Source: an uncultured bacterium (GTDB lineage: Bacteria; Vulcanimicrobiota; Xenobia; Xenobiales; Xenobiaceae). From it: a DNA stretch of 64,000 nucleotides. How positions within the stretch are numbered: the stretch's first letter is position 1; every line of letters starts with the position of its first letter. The position numbers were made by a program, and so were the translations under genes. Shown piece after piece: positions 39,177-48,852 of the stretch. The stretch is from assembly GCA_958366945.1 (NCBI GenBank), contig CATXCY010000010.1, forward strand, positions 6,463 through 70,462, written 5' to 3'. A model generated the notes under the pieces. That model was not told where the DNA came from, made no database searches, and was given only the letters and a program-made list of their open reading frames with translations.

Positions 39177-40880
39177 CTATTGACTGATTAATTTGCGCAA
39201 ATCCCCGTATTGTCTGATCTTAAACCAAGTTAATTCTCCGTTAAGTAAGTAACGCCAGGCTACAGCTCCCATTTTTATGAAATTAGTTGCCCAAGCTAAA
39301 TAAAACGGAAATTGCCAATGACGTTTAAAAAAATCTCGTCGCTCTAGCAAGAAATTTATGAAACTTTTGGGTATGAACGATTTTGAAGCCAGACAGTATA
39401 TAGCTAAATAAAAGCGATCTTCTGGACTACGAGGCCAATCCATCGAAACACGGAACTGCTTCCAAGCTTTGTTGTTCATGCCTTCAACCTCATCGGGAGA
39501 AAGTTTGCCTTCAGCCAGTAATCTTTTGGTTATGGCTGTGCCTGGAAAATAGTTAAGTGAGTAAAAATAGACGTCGTAAGGGCGTTCTAGCTCTAACATA
39601 AACTTGGCTGTTTCTAATTTCATCTTTTCATCGGCCCAAGGGTTGTCGATAATTAGATCATAAACAGCTGATATGCCCAGTTGTTTGTTGAATTTGGAAA
39701 AGGCTAGTATATTATCGTTGCCCGGTATGCGGTTATGAACAGCCAAACTTTCCTGCGGTGAGCCGCTTTCGATGCCTGTTTGCATTCGGACCAAGCCGGC
39801 TTTTTTTAGCTTCTCCAGAAAAGGCTGACGTAACATAGGTGGTATAAGCATACATTCAAAGGGCAAACCTATACGCTGTGGATATTTTGAGCAGAATTCG
39901 TCTACCCATGAGGGAGGGGCTGCAAAAGCTGTATCATCATCTATTTTTACTCTAGCCAAACGGGGAAAATGCTTTTTTATATATTCAAGCTCGCCTAAAA
40001 TGTGCTCTACGGAGCGTAGACGATAAAATTTTTGTTTGTCGGCCGCAAATTTTTCGCGCAGAATAGATACATAACAGTAAGAACAATTATAAGGACAGCC
40101 CCGTGAACAATAAATTCTGTATTCAGCTGTTCTCTTCCAGGGCTCTTCATTGTGAATTTTTTTATCTTCTATATAAAACTTATTGAAATCGTCTACATCT
40201 GGATAAGGCAATTCGTCCAAGTTGGCAATTAGAGGGCGCATTTCGTTTTTGTAAATTTTGTCTCCCAACTTTGCCCAAATATTGGGAATATCGCCGGTAA
40301 AATTATTGCTGTATAGAGCCTCGCATAAGTCTATAAGTGGAGCTTCTCCTTCGCCCAGACAGAGATAATCGGCGCAATCTAAAGCTCCTTCGGGGACAGC
40401 AGTAACGTGAATACCGCCCCAACATACTGGTAAATCAGAAAAGCGTTTTTTTAGTGCTTTGGTAAGCTCTTTTACCATTGGCAACAAGCTAGAAATAAAG
40501 CCTATGCCTACAAGATTGGCTTGTTTGTCGGCTATAATTTTGAATACCAACTCTAGTTCTTGAGCTGAAGGCATTTCCAATTTGTTATTTACCCAATCGC
40601 GCAAGAAAATTAGATCCACCTGGAAACCGGCGCGGCGTAAAGCTGCTGATAAGTAGCGCAAACCGGAATTTTCAACGCTGTAAATAGCTATTAATATTAC
40701 ATTAAATTGTTTTGGCTCTCCGTACCAACCAGAGCGAGGTGCCCAGGGAGCATGAATTTGTTTCTGTGCCGATCCTAAAGCCGGATCGAAAAGAGCCTCT
40801 GCCGATCCTGGAGAAGCGCCGGGAGCAGTTAATTTTGATGAAAAATTGTCATAAGTAATAGTTTTATCTGAATTTAACAT
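39177..40880 (-). CDS. B12-binding-domain radical SAM protein
   Basis: N-terminal B12-binding Rossmann region (VILIAIYSVENSGLRYLSAALRRAGF), radical SAM motif CSRGCPYNCSYC. Overlaps the upstream gene by 7 nt. Confidence 0.8.
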   Translation of the reverse strand: MLNSDKTITYDNFSSKLTAPGASPGSAEALFDPALGSAQKQIHAPWAPRSGWYGEPKQFNVILIAIYSVENSGLRYLSAALRRAGFQVDLIFLRDWVNNKLEMPSAQELELVFKIIADKQANLVGIGFISSLLPMVKELTKALKKRFSDLPVCWGGIHVTAVPEGALDCADYLCLGEGEAPLIDLCEALYSNNFTGDIPNIWAKLGDKIYKNEMRPLIANLDELPYPDVDDFNKFYIEDKKIHNEEPWKRTAEYRIYCSRGCPYNCSYCYVSILREKFAADKQKFYRLRSVEHILGELEYIKKHFPRLARVKIDDDTAFAAPPSWVDEFCSKYPQRIGLPFECMLIPPMLRQPFLEKLKKAGLVRMQTGIESGSPQESLAVHNRIPGNDNILAFSKFNKQLGISAVYDLIIDNPWADEKMKLETAKFMLELERPYDVYFYSLNYFPGTAITKRLLAEGKLSPDEVEGMNNKAWKQFRVSMDWPRSPEDRFYLAIYCLASKSFIPKSFINFLLERRDFFKRHWQFPFYLAWATNFIKMGAVAWRYLLNGELTWFKIRQYGDLRKLISQ

Positions 40881-42049
40881 AGCGGACTTACCCTTTTTAT
40901 TTCGTTAGCTAGATCCGAGGGAGAAGGCAGAGGCTTAGCGGAAAAACGGCGGAAATTCATGCGCAGAGCGTTAAAAAAAGCGGAGGTATTATGCAAAGTT
41001 AAAGCTATCTCCCACCAACAAGGACGCAAGCAAGCTCGACAATTATGACGCAAATTTTTGAGATAATTTAAGTCGCGTTTTTGCTGGTACCAATTTACAA
41101 AATCGCTTTCATAGACTTTGGGCGCTTTACTGGAAGCGTCATTTTGAAAATGACACATAGAGTAAGTGCCGCTTGGGCTGATAGAAAAACTAAGGCCGCC
41201 AGTTTGGCAATCTGTTCCTGTGCCCCAATAATTGGTATTCGTCTGTTGCGCAGTAGTAGATTTTGTGCTGTCGGCAGCTTTTAAGAAATTGACCATAGCT
41301 TTTAAATAAGGCTCAGAATTAAAAATCGGTGATTGTGGTTGCCGTTTAGCTTGTAATATGTAGTTAAGCAATTTGTTGAGAGCGGCTTCATCTTTTTCAC
41401 TAAAGCGCATTGCTTCTGAATCAGCAGAACAAGCCAGAATTTCTCCTTGATAGCTGTGTCTTTCTAAGGGAACTAAAGATAAATAAAAATTATAGGCTTT
41501 GGCTATAGCTAGCATTTGCGGAATATCTTTTATATTGCGCGTTGAAACTACACAATTTAAGATGCCAGTTCCGCCACGTTTACGAATTATTTCCGCCCAA
41601 AATTTAATTCGCTCAATTATCTTTTCCCAAATTTCTGGCTTGTGGCATATTTCACTCTGAACTTGGGGATGAGGAGTATCTAAAGAAATTGAAATGTGAC
41701 GCAACCCAGCCTCGACTACTGCCATATGTAATTCCTCTGTGCCTGCTAGGGCGTTGGTCAAGACTCTAGTTTCAATTCCTCTGTCGATAAAAGCTTTGAC
41801 TATTTTAGGTAAGTCTGGGCGCAGAAAAGGTTCACCACCTCCCAGAGAAATGGCCATAGTGCCGAGGCGACGCAGATTATCGGCTGTGGATTCTATTTGC
41901 GCAATTGTAAGTTCTTCGTCTTGACGCCCTTTTTTCCATAATCCACACATGGCACAAGTGAGGTTGCAGCGGTGAGTCAAGCCAAAATGAACATATATAG
42001 GTGTGTTGCCGTTCCAAAAAGCTTTAACAAGCGACCAAGGGTTTTTCAC
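40874..42049 (-). CDS. Radical SAM protein with C-terminal SPASM-like Cys cluster
   Basis: THRCNLTCAMCG (CxxxCxxC), GGGEPFLRPDL, C-terminal CRACLRPCWWE. Confidence 0.75.
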   Translation of the reverse strand: MKNPWSLVKAFWNGNTPIYVHFGLTHRCNLTCAMCGLWKKGRQDEELTIAQIESTADNLRRLGTMAISLGGGEPFLRPDLPKIVKAFIDRGIETRVLTNALAGTEELHMAVVEAGLRHISISLDTPHPQVQSEICHKPEIWEKIIERIKFWAEIIRKRGGTGILNCVVSTRNIKDIPQMLAIAKAYNFYLSLVPLERHSYQGEILACSADSEAMRFSEKDEAALNKLLNYILQAKRQPQSPIFNSEPYLKAMVNFLKAADSTKSTTAQQTNTNYWGTGTDCQTGGLSFSISPSGTYSMCHFQNDASSKAPKVYESDFVNWYQQKRDLNYLKNLRHNCRACLRPCWWEIALTLHNTSAFFNALRMNFRRFSAKPLPSPSDLANEIKRVSPLC

Positions 42050-43503
42050 AATTTCAGGATCTCCCAGCCAGCTTTTAATTTGCGGGCCATATCATTAAAA
42101 TTTTTAAGCTCTAGCAACTTGCGGAACATTTGCTTAGGGCGCAAATAAAAGCGTTTGAAAGCTTTATCGCATAGAGAGCTGAGCTCTGAGGCTGTAAAAA
42201 ATTCTGTCCATACTTGAGGCTTAAAATCAGGATATGGATTGGCCAAAAAATTCTCCCAATGTTGCGGATCGAGAATGCCTCTAGCTACACCTTGATCATA
42301 AATCAAAGTGTTAGGATAAGGAGTTAAAATTCCAAATAGAGCGTAATCAGGATCGAGAGAAATGGCAAAATCTACAGTACGATTTATTTCATCTATAGAA
42401 CTGTCATGAGGACAGCCGATCATAAAGTAGCATACCGTAGTTAAACCTTCATCAGTAAGCATTTTGAAGGCCTGACGCACCTTATCTGTAGTCAGATTTT
42501 TATTTAAAGCCTTCATACCAGCATCTGTACCAGACTCAACTCCTATATGCACTCTGGTACAACCTGCCAAACGCATAGCTTTTACGGTTTCTGGAGTTAG
42601 GCAATTGGCGCGGGCTCGAATATTCCAATTTACTTTAATGGAGCGTTTATTTATTTCTTCACAAATAGCCAAAACGCGGTCTCGACGGACGTTAAAGGTA
42701 TCGTCTACTATATATATTTCATGTACACCTAAATTGGCGCAAACTTCCATTTCATCTACTACTGACTTGGCACTTCGCCAACGCCAGGTAGTACGTCCGG
42801 GAGTGTTGCAAAAAGAACATTTGTAAGGACAGCCACGGCTGGTTAAGAGAGAAGTTGCTATAGCTTCACTACCCAAAACGTAGCTATACTTGCGGTAGTC
42901 TAGTATCTCGCGTCGAGGAAAAGGTAGTTTATCCAAATCGTCTATGGGTGGTCGTGAACATGTTTGCACGATATTCCCTTGATTGTCTTTAAAAAATAAG
43001 CCTGCAATGTTGCGCAAGCTATTTTCTAAAGTTTGACAATCGTAACCGTGGCTGTCGCTCCAGGAGGCTAAGTGGGCTTGCACAACTTCTGTAAAAGCTT
43101 CTTCTCCTTCAAAGGGAATGCAACCATCCAAACATTGGTATTTCATGCACTGTTGGGGAAAATCAGAAACATGCGGGCCGCCCCACCAAACCTTTACCGT
43201 TTTACCCAAATCTTTTTTTACCGACTCAGATACTTGAATCATGTCAATTAGATCATGAGTATGACCGGTTAGGCCTACTATTTGTGGTTTATAGTCAATT
43301 ATAAGTTTGCGCAATTGCTCAAGGTGAAGATGATCGGCCAAACAATCGATAAGACGTGTTTCTACCTGAGTATACTTATGGAGATGGGCTTCTATATAAA
43401 GCAAGCCTAAAGGCGGAATAGTGTTGGTTTCCGCATTTACCGTAGTTGGCACTTCTGAGGATATACTGTTGTCACGTGGTGGATTTATTAAAAGGATTCT
43501 CAT
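42046..43503 (-). CDS. B12-binding-domain radical SAM protein
   Basis: MRILLINPP N-terminus, radical SAM motif TSRGCPYKCSFCNTP. Confidence 0.82.
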   Translation of the reverse strand: MRILLINPPRDNSISSEVPTTVNAETNTIPPLGLLYIEAHLHKYTQVETRLIDCLADHLHLEQLRKLIIDYKPQIVGLTGHTHDLIDMIQVSESVKKDLGKTVKVWWGGPHVSDFPQQCMKYQCLDGCIPFEGEEAFTEVVQAHLASWSDSHGYDCQTLENSLRNIAGLFFKDNQGNIVQTCSRPPIDDLDKLPFPRREILDYRKYSYVLGSEAIATSLLTSRGCPYKCSFCNTPGRTTWRWRSAKSVVDEMEVCANLGVHEIYIVDDTFNVRRDRVLAICEEINKRSIKVNWNIRARANCLTPETVKAMRLAGCTRVHIGVESGTDAGMKALNKNLTTDKVRQAFKMLTDEGLTTVCYFMIGCPHDSSIDEINRTVDFAISLDPDYALFGILTPYPNTLIYDQGVARGILDPQHWENFLANPYPDFKPQVWTEFFTASELSSLCDKAFKRFYLRPKQMFRKLLELKNFNDMARKLKAGWEILKL

Positions 43504-43567
43504 AAGGTTGTTTTGACAGCTCTCGGACTTTTATTGCATGTATATGCATTGATTAATTAGCGGATTG

Positions 43568-44596
43568 TTAGGAGCGCAGTTTGTTGCCCATTGCCATAAC
43601 CCATTGCAAAATAGTGCGATGATTGAGAGAAAAAAGTAGGTTGTACTCAGTAAAGCAAGTAGCCGAACAACTTTGGCAAGGCAATAGCTTTTGTCTGAGT
43701 TGCTTGGCTGCTTCAGCAAAACCTAATTCTATGGCATTGGGCCCCTGTTGATCACCTATAAGCAAAGAACAAGGATAAAGGCATCCATCTGCGTCTATAT
43801 TCAAATAGAACTGTCCGGCCCAACATTTTTTCCAAGCAGATCCACTGTCTGTAGAAGTGTTGTGACTGTAGTCTTTCCAATTGATAAGATGATCCAAACA
43901 CTGAATGGAATTACCTATCTTGCGCCCTTTAAGTTTAGCTTCTTTCAAATATTGTAAACATTCTCGATATTCTTCGTCAGAAGGGCGCAAGGGGTTGTTC
44001 ACTCCAAAATGATCGCTGTGATGCAATACTTGGAAAGTGGGAGTAAAACCATACTTTTCTGCTTCTTTTAAGATCCAGTCTACTTTGTAAATATTGTTAA
44101 TGGTTAAAACTGTAATAGTCCATAAAGCAACTGGACTTTGGGAGGCAATTTCTATGGCCGCCATCGCCTTTTCATAGGAGCCAGGCTCACGGTTGGCGTC
44201 ATGCGCTTCCTGAGGGCCGTCCAAAGATATGATTAAATGATCTAACTTTTCCAAGAGCTTAGTCTTTTGGGAAATGAGATATCCGTTAGTGTCTAGGGTT
44301 GTATATAAATTATTCTCTTTGGCACAACTGACGATTTCTTCAATATCAGGACGCAACAAAGGCTCGCCGCCCCAAATGCCCAAACGCTGAATACCGCAGG
44401 CTGCCATTTCTCGAATCAGTTTTCGCATTTGCTCTGTGCTCAATTCTGGCTGACGGCGGGCTGGAATTTTGCAATAGCGACAGTGCGACTGACAAGCATT
44501 ATTGGTGGCGATAGTGGCAAAAATCGGAGTTGGAGCACCGCTTAGGCGCCCTTTTAGGACGGCTGCTCCGGCTTTAGCCATGGTAATGAATTTCAT
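43568..44596 (-). CDS. Radical SAM protein with SPASM-like C-terminal Cys cluster
   Basis: NNACQSHCRYCK (CxxxCxxC), GGEPLLRPDI, C-terminal CQSCSATC and CLYPC. Confidence 0.75.
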   Translation of the reverse strand: MKFITMAKAGAAVLKGRLSGAPTPIFATIATNNACQSHCRYCKIPARRQPELSTEQMRKLIREMAACGIQRLGIWGGEPLLRPDIEEIVSCAKENNLYTTLDTNGYLISQKTKLLEKLDHLIISLDGPQEAHDANREPGSYEKAMAAIEIASQSPVALWTITVLTINNIYKVDWILKEAEKYGFTPTFQVLHHSDHFGVNNPLRPSDEEYRECLQYLKEAKLKGRKIGNSIQCLDHLINWKDYSHNTSTDSGSAWKKCWAGQFYLNIDADGCLYPCSLLIGDQQGPNAIELGFAEAAKQLRQKLLPCQSCSATCFTEYNLLFSLNHRTILQWVMAMGNKLRS

Positions 44597-44623
44597 GTTG
44601 CTTTTTGTCTCTCCGTATTGTGC

Positions 44624-46423
44624 CTAGTTTTTTTGAGAGTCAGTCGACTCGACTGCCTCTGCCGGAACATGCTCACTTACGACTGCTGAGTCGGAGCTGT
44701 TGCTCTTGCTTAAAGTTGTATTTTTGCGTAAAGCTAAAATGTTTTTGGCAACTGAAGAAGCAACTGGTCTGGCTGAAAGCGGTAGAGCCGCTGGTCGCGG
44801 AGGAGCAGTGTGTGTAGCAGCTGCTGTAGGCAACGGCGGAGCTACTGGTCGCGGAGGAGCAGCGTGTGTGGCAGCTGCTGTAGGCAACGGCGGAGTTACT
44901 GGTCGCGGAGGAGCAGCGTGGGTAGCAGCTGTTGTAGGCAACGGAGGAGCAGCTGTTCGCGAAGGAGCAGCGTGGGTAGTAGCAATAGGAGCAGCCAAGT
45001 CGGAATCAATATCGTAGGTGGCAGCTTCATCTATGACGGCGGCTCTGGCTTTGGTAAGGCTGTTATGTTTTGTCGGCTCATTTGTTTTTCTGTAGGTAAC
45101 AGAGTGGGGCTTTTCGTTTTTCACTTGGGGCAGAGCAAATTCTTTCTGCCCTCCGTAGTGAAGAATAGTGTCCAGCGAATAGCGGCACCCCTCAACTATG
45201 CGTTCTAAGTCGGCATCTTTAAGTCTAGGATAAATAGGTAAATGTAATTGCACACGGGCTAACAAGTTAGCGTTGGTCAACTTGCTAGTATAGCTAACAG
45301 AATCAGATAAAATGGAAATTTGCTGAATTGGTTTTAAATATCCTGGAGATGTATCGATGGCATGACTGGAAAGTTGTCTAGCTAATTTTTCATTTTCAAT
45401 ATGGCCGATTACAAATGAATTAAAGACCGATTCGCCATAGTCGGGATATTCAGGAATAATCAGTCCTGGTAAATCGGCTTGCTTAAAAAGCTTAATCAAT
45501 TTTTTGCCATTTTGCGTACGCAGCGCGTTCTGCTCTTCAGCCCAGTCTAGCAAGCGGCGTCCCAAAGCGGCTTGTGCTGGTGAGGGCTTAAAGCTTATAT
45601 CAGGAGCGTTAGTATTGACACTATCTTCAAACATGCTATGCAAGGCATCCTTGCCTAAAAAAGACCAACCGATGCTTAGCAAAATATAAGCGCTAGCTGT
45701 AAAACCTAAAGTTGTCGTACCTGCCCACATAGCTGCGGCTTTGAATATTTGGGGATAAATAGAAGAGCTGGGAGCTATATAGGAGTCTTCCATGCGCAAG
45801 GTTGCTATTTCAGCTAAATGCTGATCTTGGAAAACGGCCATACCGCCGCCCAAGGTGGTGAAATTTTTCGTCAAGGCAAACGAGAAAATAGCCGCATCAC
45901 CGAAAGAACCTGCTTTTTTGCCATTTATGGTTGCGCCAAAACCTTGGGCGCAGTCTTCAATTACAAATATGTTTTTGCTTCTAGCTATAGTAGCGAGCTC
46001 TTCTGCAGGAGCTGGACAGCCATACATATGGGTAATAATAATAGCGGAAACGCCTTCCCAATCTTCATCTTTGATAGTTTCGGGGCCCATTACCCAGCTG
46101 CCCTGACGAATATCTACTAAGTGTGGTTGGAGGCCGGCAGCAATGATGGTGGAAGGAATAGAGTGATGGGTCCAAGCTGGGATCATCACCTTAGAATGGG
46201 GCGCTAAGTTCAGACATTGTAAAATAAGGTACAGCGCACCTCTAGCCGAATTCATATAAATAGCTTTTTTGACGCCTATATGTTCGGCGAATTTATTTTC
46301 GAATTTTTCTACTTCGCTGTTTCTTGCCTGACTTATTTCGCTGATAAACCATTGAATGTCTGTAAAATTTAGGGCTAAGTCGAACCTAGGAATTGGCCAC
46401 CCGTTTTTCAAAAAATTTGACAT
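44624..46423 (-). CDS. DegT-like PLP aminotransferase fused to C-terminal proline-rich tandem-repeat and Ser-rich tail
   Basis: DCAQGFGA...GSFGDAAIFSFALTKN (PLP Lys). The C-terminus carries four AATHAAPPRPVxPPLPT repeats encoded by 51-bp tandem repeats. Confidence 0.65.
   Translation of the reverse strand: MSNFLKNGWPIPRFDLALNFTDIQWFISEISQARNSEVEKFENKFAEHIGVKKAIYMNSARGALYLILQCLNLAPHSKVMIPAWTHHSIPSTIIAAGLQPHLVDIRQGSWVMGPETIKDEDWEGVSAIIITHMYGCPAPAEELATIARSKNIFVIEDCAQGFGATINGKKAGSFGDAAIFSFALTKNFTTLGGGMAVFQDQHLAEIATLRMEDSYIAPSSSIYPQIFKAAAMWAGTTTLGFTASAYILLSIGWSFLGKDALHSMFEDSVNTNAPDISFKPSPAQAALGRRLLDWAEEQNALRTQNGKKLIKLFKQADLPGLIIPEYPDYGESVFNSFVIGHIENEKLARQLSSHAIDTSPGYLKPIQQISILSDSVSYTSKLTNANLLARVQLHLPIYPRLKDADLERIVEGCRYSLDTILHYGGQKEFALPQVKNEKPHSVTYRKTNEPTKHNSLTKARAAVIDEAATYDIDSDLAAPIATTHAAPSRTAAPPLPTTAATHAAPPRPVTPPLPTAAATHAAPPRPVAPPLPTAAATHTAPPRPAALPLSARPVASSVAKNILALRKNTTLSKSNSSDSAVVSEHVPAEAVESTDSQKN
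44781..44990. repeat. Coding tandem direct repeat, about 4 units of 51 bp
   Basis: gcagctgctgtaggcaacggcggag(c/t)tactggtcgcggaggagcagcgtg(t/g)gt(g/a) repeated head-to-tail on the + strand. It encodes the PxxP repeats of the minus-strand aminotransferase. Confidence 0.8.
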
Positions 46424-46607
46424 CTTACTGCGTATTGACTAATCCTATCCAGATCAACTCTAAGGTAGCTTCGGTCTAAGGCTGGTAGCTACCGACAGAA
46501 AAGTCAATTATCCCTTTCTGAAAATTAGATTGTCTATTTTGTGCGTTGTCAGTGAAAGCAATAAACTGAAATTTCAAGACTTATTTTCCGCTCAAATTTA
46601 GGAAATA

Positions 46608-47996
46608 TCAATTAACTTCCTTCAATACGGACTCTTCTTGAGCGCTTAAATTATCGAGTTTTAGAAGATATTTGGCCGCTGTACTTAACGAATTCTCTAT
46701 TGAATGATCCAAGTTGTTATACCAGAATCTGCCTGTTCTCCCCAAAAGCTCTAAATTCTCAAATTCTGAGCATTCTTTTTCCAAAGAGTTGAGCTTATCG
46801 ATATAGTTTAAACTGTATATAGGATATGCATCCCTAATCTTTTCTAACTTTGTATCTAAAACTTTGAAACTTTCGTCTATAACTTTTACTTGCTTCAATT
46901 CTTTTAATAAGCGAGGAAGTTGCTTTTCCGGATCTTGCCATAAATCGTCTTGGTAGCGGCAAGTAATTTCCAGACAAAGGCCACCTTTGCGGGCAGGCAC
47001 GCAGTCTGAACTAAAATAAGCAGGGTTGGATAGGCGAGAAAATAGCAAATTTTTATCACCGAAATAACACCATTGAGAGCGTTGTAAAGGCTCTTTGTCT
47101 AGCATTACATTGCATATCAGCTGGGAACGATAATCTAGTTCTGTGGGAGTGAGTGACAACTTGGCTGCCAATTCGTTAATAGAAGCGCTCCAGGCAACTT
47201 GTTCACAGTCGAAAGTGGCTTGTGTTGTAACTACCTTCTCAATTCTTTGGTGTCCATTAACCGTAGGAGCGCAAATGAGTTCGGTTACATCACAATTAGT
47301 GATGATCTCTCCGCCCAGTTTTTCAATTTGTCTTTGGCAGCTTTCCCAAAAGGCACAGATTCCACCCTGTTTGGGATAAAGGAAATTGAGCTCGGCTTTT
47401 TTGGGAAGCAGCATGAGCTTAAAAATCTCAAACAGAGAAGCTGTGTTGACGTTGTCATCAATAGTCGCTCTCTCCAAGCCAATCTTGGCCCAATTCCTAT
47501 GAGTTTGTTCAGTTGAAATACCGACAAATTTTTCGGTGTAATCTTTGAAAAATGTTTCGTAAAGCGTTTTCCCGTAGCGGCAAAGTACATACTCCTTGAA
47601 AGATTGGCTAGGACGTTGGCTGCGTCCTGTTCTCAGGATCATGTCTAGACCAGCTTGAATGGCAATATGCAAAGGCAATTTAGCTATGGTCGCCAAGCGG
47701 AGAGGCCAATCATGATATTGTCCCATAAAGTAAACTTGGGAGAAACGTTGAATTTCCGTAAATCGATCTTGATGGATCTCTTTTAGAAAGCGATTTACTT
47801 TAGGATTTTGCGAGTAAAAACGATGTGGCCCTATATCAAAAGTCCACTCTCCGTAGTGAAAGCTGCGCGACAAGCCTCCCGCTTTTTTCTCGCGCTCCAA
47901 TACAGTTACAGGCAATCCTGCTTTACAGAGATAATAGGCCAAAGTCAGGCCGGCTGCCCCTCCGCCGACTATTACATAGCGCTTCACAGAAACCAC
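46608..47996 (-). CDS. FAD/NAD(P)-binding oxidoreductase (amine-oxidase / UDP-galactopyranose-mutase-like fold)
   Basis: N-terminal dinucleotide-binding motif YVIVGGGAAGLTLAYYL...VLEREKKAGG. Confidence 0.65.
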   Translation of the reverse strand: MVSVKRYVIVGGGAAGLTLAYYLCKAGLPVTVLEREKKAGGLSRSFHYGEWTFDIGPHRFYSQNPKVNRFLKEIHQDRFTEIQRFSQVYFMGQYHDWPLRLATIAKLPLHIAIQAGLDMILRTGRSQRPSQSFKEYVLCRYGKTLYETFFKDYTEKFVGISTEQTHRNWAKIGLERATIDDNVNTASLFEIFKLMLLPKKAELNFLYPKQGGICAFWESCQRQIEKLGGEIITNCDVTELICAPTVNGHQRIEKVVTTQATFDCEQVAWSASINELAAKLSLTPTELDYRSQLICNVMLDKEPLQRSQWCYFGDKNLLFSRLSNPAYFSSDCVPARKGGLCLEITCRYQDDLWQDPEKQLPRLLKELKQVKVIDESFKVLDTKLEKIRDAYPIYSLNYIDKLNSLEKECSEFENLELLGRTGRFWYNNLDHSIENSLSTAAKYLLKLDNLSAQEESVLKEVN

Positions 47997-48852
47997 CTAA
48001 AAAAACAAAGTATCAGGGCTTCAGAATAAGGTTGCGCCATGTCGGTTGTAGCATGTACCTCAATAGGAGCCTTTTCTTTAAACCACCTACTTCCATTCCT
48101 CAGCCAAGGCGGGGGTGGTTCTTCTTGAATATAAGTCTAACCTGCTATTTTTCGGGGATTTTGCCGCATCTTAGACTGTAAAAAAATATTATAAAATTTT
48201 AACATCGCGCCATAATTTAAAAATAAAAAAATATTTTTTGGGCTTGGTCTCAATAAGTAAAATATTATCTCATATACAGTGTATGCTTTGGCTGAATAAA
48301 GCGATATGTCTCATTTCTGCCCCTGCTAGATGCTATATGTGGAACCTAATATATACAATATAGTGTTAAAAAATCACTATATATAGTATAAAAAGCAGGA
48401 AAAATGTGCTCAGAAGTCGCATGTTTACTTTCTGGTTTGAATTGACGAAATCAGCTGTGATAGTTAGTATCAGAGAAGATGCGGAGTAGGGTGCGGTACT
48501 TATTAGGACGGTTGAAGCTGTGTGCGGGGGCCTCCATAGGTTGAGAAAATATGGCAGTTCTGGTAGCGCCGAAGCAGACAATGCTCATATAAATAAAGAT
48601 CCGGAGGCGGAGATCTTTGAAGAGTATGGCTGGTAACAATACAAAGGGAGTTATGTATCCTCTAAGAGCTCAGCTTAGCCTAAACGATTGGCAGCGAGTA
48701 AGTACAGATAAGGCTTTGGCAGAGTTTTCTGGTATAGCTAGATATACAACTATAAAATTTGCTTTAAAATCCGCTTCTTCTTTTTCGTCTGTAAAAAATA
48801 TTAACAGTAAGTTGAAAAAAATATAAGGGTTTTGCTTTCGGCATAAAATCAA
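47997..48852. promoter_or_regulatory. Long AT-rich divergent intergenic region (radical SAM operon leader / rsmH promoter)
   Basis: About 850 bp with no convincing ORF, extreme AT runs and several TATAAT-like hexamers. Confidence 0.3.

Noticed and set aside
43531-43719. 62-aa minus-strand ORF between two radical SAM genes, considered as a RiPP precursor
   Set aside because: It overlaps the 5' end of the 43568-44596 radical SAM gene in another frame, has no RBS and has a hydrophobic, non-peptide-like composition.
44700-45208. Two + strand ORFs (105 and 132 aa, Gly/Cys/Arg-rich)
   Set aside because: They are antisense read-throughs of the 51-bp tandem repeats inside the minus-strand aminotransferase gene. 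Their repetitive composition is an artefact.
48420-48640. Possible cobalamin riboswitch in the leader of the B12-radical-SAM operon (GGTGC..., CCCCGCACACAG, ACCAGAACTGCC-like segments)
   Set aside because: The candidate B12-box-like segment lies 5' of the CCCGC element on the operon strand, opposite to the riboswitch order. Several invariant positions also mismatch.
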